Assembly: GCF_000181795.1 (NCBI RefSeq)
Contig: NW_003526941.1
Span: 4,367,218 to 4,431,217, forward strand
DNA length: 64,000 nt
Direction of reading: 5' to 3'
Source: Trichinella spiralis
Lineage: Eukaryota
In this document: one piece after another, positions 36,101-51,241 of the stretch
Layout: every line of letters starts with the position of its first letter
How positions within the stretch are numbered: the stretch's first letter is position 1
Notes under the pieces: generated by a model
What the model saw: only the letters and a program-made list of their open reading frames with translations
Told to the model about the DNA's origin: nothing
Databases searched by the model: none
Translations under genes and position numbers: made by a program

Positions 36101-39100
36101 ATTGCAACCAAAAATCTAAAAACTACTCACATGCAATAAAAAGTCGTCGTTAGTAAAAAACAAACAAAGCAAACAAAACGTCACTGCAAACACATCAAAA
36201 AAAGCAATACAGCAAACGTATGAGCAGCAGCACATATTTTTTATTTGCAGGATTATTCATTTTATTTATCTGCAATTGGGATCAGAGGAAGCAAAAGCTT
36301 GCATCGAGCAGAAGGTTTTGCGCATGCAAATGTCATCGTGCAATTGAGAATTGTGCTCAGTCATTTTGGTTCACAATTTGATAAAATAATAGCAGCGATC
36401 TTAACCAACAATAAGATTATTTCCACTAATACTGATCTTGTGAAAAAAAACGAAGCTCACACTTGCTAAATTCCATAATCTAGTAGATTAATTATTTTTT
36501 AATTTGATGAATTATTTGATATTTAACATTGAACTTCAAACCAAACTAAACCGTGATGAATAATTTAAGCAAAAAGAGAAACTCGAAGATAACTTAATTA
36601 ATAGCTTACAGTAGAAGCAGTTGCATGTGATCAGAAAATTCGATGATTTCACGAGAAGACGCATTTCACATGATGAAGGTTTTTACAAACGAATTCGACA
36701 ATGTGCAAACAATGTCTATATGTTTGCATAAGATTATAAATAAAAAAAACTTTTTTTAAATAATTTCCTAATTTAGGCTCACAAATTTATGACAATGCAA
36801 ACAAGCATCGCACATTTTGTCAATTTTTCTACGTTCTCAATTTTCAATTTTGGAAATTTTTGAAATTATTTCAACATTTTTCCAATAAATATACTCATGA
36901 TGTATTTTGCTTGAAAATGAATAAAATGAAAATAATAAAAATCTATAGAAAAAGAAAACCAAATAAATATACATGCAGAATAGATAAAACCGATTGAAAA
37001 AATTGAGTTTCTGTCTGTCTGTCTGGCAAGCTTACCGATATCAGAATAATCTTCAGCCCGAAGAACTTTTCTGCTTTCAATTTCACGATTCAAATCTCCC
37101 AAAATGCGTTGGATCAGCCCTTGGCTAGTGTCAAGAGTGGCTTGGAGCTTTTGATCAATGCTGTTGTTGTCACTATTTTGCTGCTTTGTCGTCAAATTCT
37201 AAAAAATTTTTTGTCCATTCACATTTTGTGAAATAAGAAGGAAGGAAAAGAAAAAAAAAGAAATCCCATTTTCACTTTTGTTGTGGATGCATTTTCCAAT
37301 ATGGAGCAATTTCCAGGCGTGTATTCTTCTATTCTTCTCGGCTGATGGTGAAATCCTACACTTGAAGAAGAACTTCCCTGACTTGCAAATGAAATTTCAC
37401 TCTGCCCAGCTGGTGAGAAAGCTCTACTTCTACCAAGAGATTTGGACCGATTTTGACGATACGTTATTGCTTACATACGAAAAGTATAATTAATTAATTA
37501 ATTAATTAATGAAATAAACAATAATAATCTCGTCGTTTAATACTTGAAGTGGTCAACTGTTTAGACGGTTCTGGTGATAGAACACTTCGCGAACGACTCG
37601 GTTCAACTGAAAATATAATTTTCTTTTAAAAAACCACAAACAATAAAAATGATATTTTTTTTCAAAATACCAATCGGGTTGTCCATTTTATTCGATTGGC
37701 TTTCAGTAGGATAATCCCGAATACGATATCGCATGATTGCATTTTCTTCTAAAAATGTCCATAAATTCTCTTCTGTTTCAACATTGTAAACTTCAATTTT
37801 ACCATCATTCTTGTCTACTTGGTGCAATTTTTTGAACATCATTTTGTACCAGTGATGCTGATAATTTTTCGAAAGCGGAGACTTGACAATGGAGCAAAAA
37901 AACAACAACAAAAATTAACATATATATGTTTGCTAAACAGAAAATAGAAAAAGATGTACTTCTTGTTTTTGGTCACTTTTTTGAAGAAGAAGTCCCTTGC
38001 CACCGAGTATAACTGGCGCAGAGGTTGTCGATCGAAGGCTTGAAGAAGCAACTTGATCCAATGGTCGATTTCCAATATTTCCACTGTAATTACCTGCAAA
38101 TTTAATTAATTGTAAAATAAAATAAAATAAAATAAAATAACAAGCAAGCAAAGTAAAACGAAACAACAAGAATAATGATAATAAATATCATCGGGCTGAA
38201 TTAATTCATTGCTTGCGCAAATTTATGCGTCACATTTTTTTCAGTGGTAATAAAAAAAAACAAAAAACGTGGAATTAGCACAAGACAAAAAATACACGCA
38301 CACAAAGAGAAAGAGGTAGACGGGGTGGTTATTGTCAAAAATTGATCGAAAACTAAAAAGCATTTCAATTCAGAAATAAAACTAGCTTCAATCAATATTC
38401 GACTAGGGAAACCGGGTTGAGTGAAAAATAAAAAATCGATCCCCTACCCCTGTATTCTCACCAACTACATTCTGACAAGCTAACCGCATCATCGTTGGTA
38501 GCGATGATTAAAAAAAAACAAAAAAAAATAAATAAACATAAAAAACTTTGACAAAGTACAATTTTGAAAATTACACACGCAAAGAGATGAAGCAGAGAAT
38601 AAAGAAAAAAAAATATGTTTCACCATTTGGAAACTGTTTGCAAGATGTGAATTAAAATGAAGGAATGAATGGATTGGTTATAAAAGTTGAAAATGTTCTC
38701 ACCGGATGTTGCCGTTGATGTGAACGGGGCCGGATGCCAAGATGGGGAAAGCAAGCCGACCGGTGTGGGTGGAATCGTCGGCGGGGATGGGGATTTCACT
38801 TCAGCATACAACGGTTGCGTGTAAGTAGATTGCGGTGAGCAAATCGGTTCCTGTGAATTCAGCTTCCAGTGCTGATTCGACAACGACGACGTTGTTGTTG
38901 TCGTTGTTGCTGATGATGGTAATGATGTGGATAAATTTGACAAATTCATTTTCTGGTAAACTGAATAATTTTTCGCCGCTGACGGTGGTGGTTCATTTTC
39001 ATACAATATCTGCTGCGAAGATTTGCTAATTTCCGAATAAGGTGTGACAGATCTGGTGGAACGAACAGTGCCAGAAGGCAAAACTTCGGTCGACGGTGGT

Positions 39101-42100
39101 CGATTGGTGAACAATTTGCCAGTCTGATTGGTACCGTTGGATGGAGGAGAAGAACAAGGGGACGAAGCGGGCCAGCGTTTCCATTCCAAATCATTGACAA
39201 CGCTGCTTATTGATGAAAAAGTGTCGGCCGGATTGGGACGAGCTTCGGCCACTCTTCCCACTGCTTCTTGTTGTTGCTTTTCTGTCCCCATGCTGGTGAA
39301 CTTCTTCACTGGCATGGATCCGTTCAGCTGAGATTGAATTTTGTTCCTCAACGTGGCCACAGATTGCGTTTCTGGTATAACAACCGTCGAACGGTTCTCT
39401 TCTTCTTCTTCATTCATCGTCGTCGTCAGCCGCTTCGCTTTAGAACCCGACTGTAAAGCTTCGCTATTATGATTATACAGGCGAGCGGTTTCAACTTCAT
39501 CCTTCGCTATCACGGGAGGTGGGGGCGGCGGAGGCGGCGGAGGAGGAGGGGATACTACGCTATTTGCACACGTTGAATTTGTTTCGTTCGGCATAGCCTC
39601 AAATAATAATTGAAATACAAAACAATCGACCATATTACACATAAAAAATTATATAGCAGTTTACTGATTCAACTGGTGCTGATGATCTGTTGTATTCTTT
39701 ACCAGAAGAAACCATTGGTGACTTCTCAAACTGCTTGGTCGTCGTCAAATGATTCCAGTTCGATTCGGGGTATTCTGAAAATTGTTGTTGTAATTTTTAT
39801 TTAAGTTTTACTTTTTGAATCACTGTTTGCCCAGCTTCACTATTCTGAAACAATCTTACCAGTATGTGAACAAGCATCGGCGTTTACTTTATAGCTTGCC
39901 GTGCGGCTGGCACTGCTTGTGTCTTTTCCCATTTGAACGCGTGCTTTCGGAGACCACACAGCTAACCGATAAATAAACAAAAATTAAATTACAATACATC
40001 ATTCTTAATAAAATTAAAAAATACGAAAATGAAAAAAAATATTTATTAGCAAATATTGACATGTAATGCAGTTAAAAAATGACATAAGTGTAAAATATTG
40101 CCTAATCATATAGTGCTGCTTTTCAATGATAATAATAATAATCGTTGATGCATTTTTTTCTGAAATCATTACTATTGCCATATTATTTCACAGAAATTGC
40201 ACAACAGTAGTATGATCATCGACTGAATAAAATTCATATCCTCTATAGAATTTATATATCAAAGTATATCATCATCATTGATTGCAAATGTATATTTAAC
40301 CATAATCTGCATCAATGAATACACAAATACATACATATTGAATGAACACATGAAAAGTGATTTATTTTCAATATCCAATGATATTTCCAAATATGCAAAC
40401 AACAATTAACAGTGAAATAAAATCTCATAAAATCATTTCCTTCTAAAATTATAATTAAATAATAAACCAACTGACTATTTTAACTGTGCAAATAGGTCAT
40501 ACTTTACATTTGAATTTTATAATCAAAATATTACAAAGTTTATCAAAAACTGTTCTGCAGAACATATTTGTAATTATCTCTAAATTATGTTCAAAATAAA
40601 TTTCATATATGATGATGATGAATTGATATTTCACATAAAAGTGACAATGAACGCAGAAATTTATAAGCAGAAAAAAAGTAAACAATAAGCGATACCTGGT
40701 TGATCCATGACTTTGTTAGCTTTGAATGTTGGGCCACGAAGAGTAGAATACGCAAAATTCGTATTTGAGTTGATGTTGTCCATTGATTTCGATGGTTGTT
40801 GTTTTCTTGCTGAAACATATACATGTTGATAAAATGCTTTATGTGAAATGCCGATTTTTCCTTCATTTTTCAATTTGCTTTAAAATTTGATTATTTTTAA
40901 AAAAAGAACGAAATTTAATAGACAAATAAATATTAAAGAAAACAAATATCAAAAGATACGTAATCATACACCTTATAAACAACGTGCTTAGGAAAATTCT
41001 AGAAGCTATATTATCATATTGCCAGCCAGAGTAATATACTTTTTCCTTTTCTAAGCTATTCAAACTTTTTCTGATTGACTAACTGCTTTCATCGAACCAA
41101 CGCATGCTTTGCTCCAGGCAACAACTGCGCATTTACGCTTTGCAAGATTGCCAGCGATAATATATATATATATATATGTATATATATTTCAACATATGCA
41201 TATGCATATACATATACATATGCTAGTTGTTTAGCGCAAACATTCAATTTCAGTGAATACATTTGATGCACACGTACATGCACGAACACATAGGCATGGA
41301 GCATTTAAGAATGGTGAGAGGTTATGAGAATAGGATGTAAATAATCATTAACGAACAACAAATATGACCAACCAACTAAGACCAACTTTAATGATATTCA
41401 ACACTGAACAAGCAATGATGATGATGATGAAAGCATGCGAGCAATTGGCCAATTCTTATTTGTCCTAACAATGAAACATACAAGCGCAACAAGTTTTCAG
41501 CAAACAAAAATAAAAATAAATAAAATACAATTGAAAAGATAATAACTGCTGTGAACTTTTCAAACAATTTACAATTACAAGCATTTTACAGTGGTTGGAA
41601 TGCATATAGAAATTTGTTAAACTGATAAAAATTGTTTGCCCAAGTGCAGAATAATTTCAAAATAAATTATATACTACTATGGGAAATGATGATTATTTAG
41701 TCAAAAATAAAATAATTTATCACTGATTTATCATACATGTAATGTTTATGTGTATTTTGAAAATATAATACCTGAAGATTTCTGATGTTTAGCTAAATAT
41801 TAATCTGATCGATAATAGTAGCAGCAGCAATTGCAACAACAACAACAACAACAGAAAAAAAGCAGTTTAGAAGCTTTTATCAATGATAAAGCACCGTAAG
41901 AAAGACTTAATAATACTACTACTACTAATAATAATAATAATGCTTTTCGCCAGTGTGTAGTTGTCAAAAAGAATCATCATTCTCGAACTCTTTTCACTCC
42001 CTCTGATTTTGAAGAAAACGGCTGTCAGCCAACGTCGTGATGAACAAACAGCCAACGTAGTAAGTATATTGTTGAAAGTGCGGCGTGCACATGTTGATTT

Positions 42101-45100
42101 GAATGAGGCATATTAAAAATAGCACTTCAGGTTGTGCCAATCAGGACTGAATTTTTATAATTCAACATGCTAACTAGAGACTCAAGTAAAACTGTCAATC
42201 ACCACAGCTGGCGTGAAGGTGGACTAGGCCAAGATGCATCTTCGCACCGTGGTCAGTCACGTGCTAGATGAGAAAAAAAAAGACGCTTAAAGCTTCATTT
42301 CCGACAAAGTCAGCTGCTTCCCTTGAAACCAACCATGAGCCAGAAGAACACATACCGACTCAACTGCCAATCAATTACTTCATATGCATGTTGTTCATGC
42401 TTGCTTTTCATACCACCACCACAAGTTTCATGCTGTCAATCCGATTTTTAGTATATTTTTTCCCTTCACTCTCTGCGTTACCTTTCAATTATTTTCAACC
42501 GTTGACATTAAAGTATTTGCTAATTTAACTTAAATTTAAACAATAAAAGAAAATACTTCAACAATCACTTAGAAATCATTTTCCCACAAATAAACAGTTT
42601 AATTAAACTTAAAAATTCCAATCTCAATACACTATTTTACAAATTAATTATACACAACACCACGCTTAAAACCGTACTAAACACTACTGATCACACAATT
42701 CCTATTCTTGTGCTAAACTGCTGAATGAACCATTCAAAAATACCTATTCATCTAATAACATTCATTTCCAAGAAAAAAAAGACATAAACATACAATGAAT
42801 AATAATGAAATAAATGCGCATAATTTTGAAATATTGTTCAGATGTAGTCACACTACATGCATCACTGACCAACTAACTGCTCAATAATTACATTTATGAA
42901 AAATGAAATATCTTTTTAGTAATAAAATTGAAAAAAAGAATTTTTTCTTAAACATATTCAACATTTTTTACATTTCTATATACTTTGAAATGTTTTTAGA
43001 AAAGCAAATTTCCAACGCAGCTGCTAATTATTAAGCTTTTTTCCATTTCAATAAAAATTATAAAATCTACATCATAAAAAATTAAAATAAACTTCAAAAC
43101 TTCAATATTGCATTTGTTTAAATTTAATAACTGAAATGTTTCGAAAAAAATAACCTATTCCTAAATGCATTTTCATAAAACTTTTTATTCGTTCCTTTGT
43201 TGTGAATTATATTATTGCATTATTAGAATAATCAATCAAATTCACGCGTTGCAGTGACAACTCACAACAATATTAGATAAGTTATGCTTCAAATTTGAAA
43301 TTTTAAACACAAATAAGAAGTTTTGAATGCTTATGGTAGCAAAGAATCTAACTTGCAAATCAAAGTCTTAATTGACACCATAAACGACAAAATGCATGCA
43401 GTATAAACAAGCATACCATCTGAGTTTGAAGACGACCTCGTCTCTGTTGAATCCCGTTTTGATACAGTTAGCAGTGAGCACGACTGACAGCAACCCATTT
43501 CACCAACTGCATGTAGCTTATGATTTATTATCCTACAAATAACAATTTCGTTTTGAAAATGATAAAAAAATATTGATTCTCAAATACTTGCACAAATTAA
43601 GGCATCTGCCCTCTTGTACATTTCAATATAAATAATGTTTTTCTGTTTTGAAGCAATAATTATTGCTTTAAATGAAAATTTTCGAATTACAATTTATTTA
43701 TCAAAGAAAAAAACATCAATACTTTTATATTATAATATTTCAAAATTATTATAATAATACATAAAATTATTGTTAAAACACAATTATGAAGATATAATTA
43801 TAATAGTAGTTGAATAAATTTCAATTCATACTTTTCATTTTCAAATGCTGATTGTTCTTTTCCGTGATGCAATAATGGCAAAGCATGTGAAGGTCCACTG
43901 GATTTGGTAAATGAAAAATCTTCATGACTGCATGTGGACGCATCTATAAGGAATCTCTGTCTGTGTAAGTAAGTGTGTTCAAAATCGAAAGCACTGAAAA
44001 CAAAGCTATGAATGGGCTGCTTTGAAGTGCATTAATGTGAATGAGCATCGATTGTTCTACAGAAAGTAAAATAGAAGTGAATTCTTAGAAAAATAATTTG
44101 ATATCGATCAACTTAATCGAAGTAATTGAACAACAAAGTGATATTTCACTGAAAATATTGTTTCTAAATTTACTGCAATTCTATTATTTTCAAATTTATA
44201 TATAAGATGTACATTAATCTTTAGCATTTTGAGAGTAGAATAATTTTAAGATAAATACACAATAATAATGCACTTCAAATGGGCCCTATTGCAAATAGTG
44301 CTACTTCATAAATCGTAAAGCATACCAGATAATTTAATTTTACTAATCTGAAATTTAAAAAAAAGAAAATAAAAATACTAAAATTTGGATAAAATAATAT
44401 AAAAAAAACAATTAAGATCAGTAAATACTGTAACGTTTAATTAATAAAGCATTTAAAGTAATTTGATATATATTGATAAAGTAACACTATATTAAATCTA
44501 TATAAAAATAATCCTATTTTTCACACTTGTATTCTAAATACTCATCAATCTGTATTTATATATAATACAAGATTTCCATCCCTATTAGCGCACAAAATTT
44601 TTTCATTTACATCAATCAAAAATTTTGATATACAACAATTTGCACAGTATGCTTAAATATATTTTAATTATTGAAATTATACTAAATTTGAAAATTACAA
44701 AATAACTTATACGAATAATAAAGGCAAATTTTAAATAGAAAACTGGTTGTTTAATCAAAAAAAAATCAATGACAACTCTTTCGTTACACGATGTCAGTTG
44801 AGATAACATTAGAAACTGTGCAATCAACTACATTACTGTATTAATTAATTAACAGGATATTCAAGATCAACTGATCAGCAATAATGTAAATAATATATGT
44901 ACAAAAAGACACTTACTACTGCAATCTCGTAGTTCGATACCCTCTCGGATGGCCTCTAAGGAAACACCAAATTTATCACATCTTCGAACTCCTAAATTAC
45001 ATCGCGAAATATATTATGTAGAAGAAAGAAAATTTCCTTAAAAATATACTGTTGACTGAATACTAAAAATATAGATTAATAAATATACACTACAAATATA

Positions 45101-46250
45101 TGATATTTAATAATGATAATTAATATAATATAAATACATAAATAAATAAGCAAAGTAATTTTCAAAAACATGCTGTAGAATTTTTTTACAATTGGAAAAG
45201 TTACTGTAGTATATTCAAAAAAAAATAACCCAGTGATGTTTTTTCCAAAAAAAATTCAAATAAACTGTAAATTATTGATCAAGTGAAATAAGTTGATTAA
45301 GAAAAATGTATTAAAAAAATAACAACAACAAGTCAAAGAGCTACAATTAATCAAAGTAAAAAGAAAAATGAAATTTTATCATGATCAAGAAAAGAATTAT
45401 CAATTTAAGAAGAAATTGATGTTGCTTTAAAAATTACACAAACAATACATGTTTGATGAAGAAGCTGAACAACAATCGATGATCTTGATAAAAAAGAGAG
45501 AGAGAGAGAGAGAGGGGGGGGGGAGAAAAAATTTGAATATAACGATGGAAAATTTTATACCTGAAGAGAAATTTGAAGAAGAATTGACAAGGCGTGGCTT
45601 GGCATATTGTGAAGACGAAGAAGAAGCTTTTCTGAGTTGACTGTTGAAACAAGCCACATCTTGGAGTTGATTGAAATGTTCAAGAATATCATCACTAGTT
45701 TCATAATTGTTGGTGCAACTCGAATGGGTCGGTTCACTGAATGTCGGCGACGACGGCGGCACAGGAGTCACCGGCAAACTTTGTACAGTGTCGTATGCAA
45801 ATTGCAAACCATTCTGCTCTTGTTGCACGTATCTTCTCACCGGGGTGGTCAAGGGTGAAAATTGTACCGGTGCCCAGCGTCTTGGTTTTTGACAATTCCA
45901 CGTCGTCGAACAACTTCCAAACTCACTTCCTGAAAGCATCGATGTACTACTACTACTACTGCTGCTGTTGAATCTCTTGATCATGTCAATTTGTCCTAAA
46001 ATAAGCTTTAATCAATAAAAAATCATGAAATTTGAATATAAAAGCTTCACATTTTAAAAATTATTATAAAAAAATAAAACAATTTACTCTTAAATGTTGC
46101 CGATTTTTGTGAATATTTAACAATAAAATTCGAAGAAGCATTAGCATCATCAATAGCAGAAACAGTGGCAGTAGCGGTAATAGTTGGTGTCAAATTTTCA
46201 GATATTAAATCACAAACTCGTTGTCCGAGTTGAAAAGCAGACGAAATCAT
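33120..46250 (-). CDS. Sorbin-homology and triple-SH3 adaptor (SORBS/CAP/vinexin family; sorb-1-like), many exons, likely alternatively spliced; 5' end uncertain
   Basis: SoHo motif [12 protein letters not shown] (~37810-37860). Three SH3 domains: [98 protein letters not shown] (stop at 33120). Upstream exons at ~46250-46089, ~45995-45560, ~40810-40696, ~39961-39860 and ~39597-38703 join in compatible phase. Confidence 0.85.
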
Positions 46251-49200
46251 TGAACGTTCAACAACAAAAAAAATAATTTTTACATAAAGTTACTCTTTTT
46301 TTCGAAATAAATCGTTGAAACCGCCGCTTTCAACCAATCAATTCACAACACACGCGCAGGTTGACTGTATTCTTACTGACTACTGCTGCTGTTATTCTTA
46401 TTCTTATTATTATTACTGTTATTTTTAGTAAATGAATATCAGTTGTGACGTCTGTATTGAAGTTACGTCATGAACAAGCTTCTATCAAGCGATCGTCTGT
46501 CTACACTGAAAAGCTGACAATAAAAAATACCAACAACAGCAAATAATCCACTACAACCAATCATAGATCATAGAAATATATATATTATTAATACTAATCA
46601 TTCGTTACAATTCGTACAAATAAAGTTGCAAATTATAATAAAATTACAACCAAAAAAAAGTAACAATTCTTACTTACGTCAATTATCAAATTTTGCGATG
46701 CATAATAAAATCAATTCTTTTACTGCTCAGTAAAAAATCATTACTGCCTTTTCAAAGAAAGAAACAAATTGATGTGCGATAAATTTAAATTCACTAAAAA
46801 TAACCAAAGACGTGAAAATAATGTTTCATTAAAACAGACAATTAGAGAAATTGTTGAATTGCTTGAAAACGAATCAATGAAGCCATATGATAATAATAAT
46901 AATAATAACAGCTTCCATGTCGATTATGTTATCTTGAATTGGAATCTGTTTACAAGACGTAGTGCGAAAAATTATTTGAACACCACGTCATAAAAATATT
47001 AATAATTTATTCATTCTCTCTCTCGCGCGGTTTCTTATCACACAGTTTTATAAAAATTGACACCCACCTCTTGCAAATTACTTTGAATCAAAAAATATAA
47101 AATACTTAACAATAATAATTATTGAAAAAATAGTAAAATTAATAAAACTAACCTTGACTGATGTACAAATTGATGAATATTTGTTACTATTAATATTTTT
47201 TAGTAAAAAAAACAAATTTAGACAAACAATGTAACAGCATGTAGCAGTGTTACGATGTTCAGAGCGGTTTGGAGAAAACAAGCTTTTCTGAAAGTGATAA
47301 ATAAGCTCCTTTCCGCATTGGACAGCCCAGACCAACAGAGACAGCTGTTTAACATTTTAGCCTTGTCCGAAATGTAAAATTACCAACCAGACCAGTTAGC
47401 GGAATTGAAAATAGCTCGAAGAAATAAGAAATTTCCATTAGCCATTTCAACAAAACTTATACACGTGTATACAAAATTGTGAACATGCTATATATGTGAT
47501 GGTCAATTTTCAAAGCAACAATAAATAATAATAATAATAATAATTAATTTAATTTTTCAGCTTACTTTGGTTTCAACAAGCAACTCTTGCATCATCATCG
47601 AGCTTATTATTATTCATGCTGCTTCCATTTTGCCGAACATTAATGCCAGGCTGTTGTTGCTGTTGAGGTTGAAGAAGTGCATTTTTGATTGAATTTCCAC
47701 TTTACATCATGCACAGCTAGTAGCATCATTTTTCACGGCTTTTTTTCTTCTTCAAAATCGTCTCTCATTTTTCAAAATTTCCATTTCCACCAACCAACAT
47801 TTGCTATTTGTCAGCTCAATTGCCGCAGACGAAGCAATAAAATTCTCTCATTTCAGTTCAAATCACGTTTGCCAAGCTAAAATTGGCAACATTAATTGTC
47901 TTGTTTCGAACAAAATTCAACATAATTCAATTATGCTATTTTACAATCATTATATTACATATGTGAAACAAAAACAACTAATTAATGTACAATTGATGTG
48001 TTATCAAAATTTGAAAACAGATCGTCACTTACAGAATGCCGTTGAAAGAAGCATCTCCGTTAAGCTTAATTGTCAAAATGTAATTTCTATTGCTTTCCTA
48101 ATTAACTAACTAACTAACTAGATGCGACAGTAAAGATAGTAACAAAAATTACACATTATAAATCAAAATCACAAAATAGTTGTCTTATTCATCAATTAAA
48201 CGTTCTATTAAAAAACTACATTTAAAGTTATTATAATTTGTTCAACAAAAAGTTTCTTAAAATAAATAATCGTAAAAAGTTTCAAACCATGTGCTAACAA
48301 TTCCAATTCATCATTGCTTTTAATGTTAAAAATGAGAAATGATTCTTTTCCGCTCGAACGACGCTGTTCAAACGAAGGTCACAATTACAATAAAACACGA
48401 ATAATAAAATGCAACATTTAAATCAAAAGTGCTAAAAAAAGAATAAAAGAAAATTGAAATTCAATTATACATTTCCTTCGTTTGTCAAAATGTCACAAGC
48501 TTCGCTTAAATGCAGTTCAATTACACTGATCAACTATATTTATTGGATTGTCCAATTCAAAAATAGAATTTTCAACATTCTTCTTTTCATCAAATTCAAA
48601 ATTGTTTTACAATCGTAATCTAATTTCGAAATTATTCAATTATCCAAACAAATATATACCAATGCACAAACACTCTATAAAATCACATCTATTTATTTAT
48701 TATTATTATTCTTTTTACATTATCGAGTAAAAGTATTAACAAAAAAACTCAAGTAAAATATCACTACATAAATGTAAAACAAATCATCAGTTACATATTT
48801 TATTGGAAAAATTGTTCTAAAAAAAACTATCCACTAATCAACATGATGAAAATAATTTAACACTACAGTACGCACTGCTGGATAGCCATGAATTTGATTA
48901 ATTTTATCTTTCAAAAAAGTACAACACATACATCAGACCATTATTCATAAAATTCACATTCACACTGCTGTATATGGATATTCAAAACATGCCAACAGTT
49001 CTATTAAAAAAAATACTTACTTACGTATAAAATGAAAATTTCTTCAATTCATATCACTGAAACATCGCATCACAAGAAAAGTGCACGAATATTTTTCATA
49101 CCAGACACTTACAGATATACGAACAAGCAGGATGTCATTACAGTATCCCTTCCAATTCATCACTAAATCCAAAGGGACATTTCTTTTGTTAGAAATTTGA

Positions 49201-49726
49201 AAAAAATTGGTTTAAATTGAACAAATCAATAAATTATATCAACAACCTGACCAACTTTGGCAATATTTACACATGTGCCAACAAAGATTCCAGGTGCAAC
49301 TTGACAGTGTAATTAATTACAAGTAAAATTTTAAATTCAAAATGCATTGCTAACAATAGGTGGCAATTTGAAAATCAAATCTACTGTAAAGTTTTGACGA
49401 TGATTAGTTATAAAGTGAATTTCGAATTGTACAGAACTTTAAACACAAAAAACACTAATAACTTGCCAACTAATAGAGTCGACGACTGTTTGTTAAGTTG
49501 TCAAGTACAAAAGATTTCAAATTATAAACAGTAAGCCACTTAGCAGAACGGCTGGGCTGATTCAGTGTCAGTGAATGGAAGGTAAATATGGTGAACAATA
49601 AATGTTTGCCTTGGATGAGACGGCTTGTACGTACAAGTAAGCATATTAACATTCAGCTTCATTGTCAGTTTGTGGTTTCGCCTTCTACCAGCTGAATAAT
49701 AAGACGGGACTTTGTTGTTGAAAGTG

Positions 49727-50470
49727 ATGTTTTCATTTTTTTCATCTAAATCTGATCACCAACCATCCGCAGATTCGATTCGAGAAGCCAACCAGCATAT
49801 GCTAGCTCTTCATGTAAAAATAAATGATCTCGAACAGCGTATTCGCGAACAAGCTGAGCTAATGGAGCGTCGAGAAATTGAACACGAAACTCAATATAAA
49901 CAACTTGAACAACGAAAAGAGAACGAAATCTCCTTCCATCGAAAAGATATGGAAAAGTTGGAACAACGTTGCAAGCAACTCGAAGCTACACTGCACGAAC
50001 GGGATGTGCAAATGGCATATCTGTTGCACAGGTGAATTTTTCGATTATATGCTATTAGACATTAAGAATTTTCACTTTTGATATTCTCATTTTTGAATTT
50101 CAATTTAATAAATTCATCACTGATAATATTATACTGTAAATAAGTGAATTCCGTGAAATCATACATATATGAAATTGCAGAGATTAAAACTTGATTTCCT
50201 ACAACTGTATCCTATCTTCAGATTACTGTCATTTTGTTCAATTTCCCTTTATTCAAAAAAATTTGAAAATTATTATTGAATTTTTTCATAAAAAAGGCAT
50301 TTCAATTCAGATGCAGTTTTCTTGATGAAGCGGCCAGTTATGCGCCATTAATCGAGCAACTGGTGCATTGTTTGAAAGGATCGTTAGCTGCACCGCCACC
50401 AAAAGTACAAACGGTAAAGCCCACCAAAGCCCCAAATCCCCAGTTGCATGGGAAAGATCTGCAGCAATGA
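49727..50470 (+). CDS. VMAC: VMAC-like (vimentin-type intermediate filament-associated coiled-coil) protein, 2 exons
   Basis: IREANQHMLALH..KENEI..LEATLHERD..RCSFLDE..APLIEQLVHCL parallels the recalled VMAC pattern IREANAHLAAVH..KDREI..LQATVHQRD..PPLAGLLDAL. Exons 49727-50031 and 50311-50470. Confidence 0.7.
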
Positions 50471-51241
50471 ACTGAACACAATTCAAATGTATCAGTTTTT
50501 GTTCCAACCAAAGTGTCGTCGTTCGGCTGTTAATCGGTGTGGAATAATGTTTGAAAGCATTATTTACGAAATTAATTTTTGAACTTCATTCCACTAACCA
50601 TTTAACACTAACAGTCTAGCTGAAATTAGCGAAGTGATTTTTTTTTCTCTTAAATTCAACACAGAATCTGGCCAACATCTGAGACATATGCTCACACCGA
50701 ATACAATGTACGACGCCACATTTGTATCATCTCTTTTGTTTCGATATTATTCATTTCACTTTACTTTGATTAACTAGACGGCTTGTTTAAACATTTACAA
50801 AAGTTTAAGCGCAACTTGCCCAACATCTGCTACTGTTCACTGGTAATAATACCCAGTCGTTTGTTCAACTTCATCATGCCCCGTGAGAGGCTGCTTTCGT
50901 ACTGATAGTTGAAGTTTAATTGCCGCAGTGTCCAAAAATTTAAATAAAATATTTGTTTGTTGTTGTTAACGATCGTTCAGACAATTTTAAAAAAGTTAAA
51001 CCGTGCCAAAATGGAGTCCTAGAGTGGTGGACATGTAACAAATTTACTTATTTTTAAAAAAACCATAGAAACAAAAATCGAAGTCCTCAACAGTATAAAA
51101 TATACTTTAAAAGCTACTTTATAAAAAAATTCTTCATTCGGGACTTCGAAGGTTATTCTTTAAATATGAAAACCATATGTGCACTAATAATCCACTGATT
51201 TTTTGGATTAAAGCACCGAAACGAAGGCAGAATGCATCACC

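Noticed and set aside
44920..44960. GTTCGATACC B-box / tRNA-like motif
   Set aside because: No cloverleaf or A-box could be built around it.
47380..47730. Possible further 5' exons of the SORBS gene
   Set aside because: Donor-like sites are present but the frames contain stops, and no consistent join was found.
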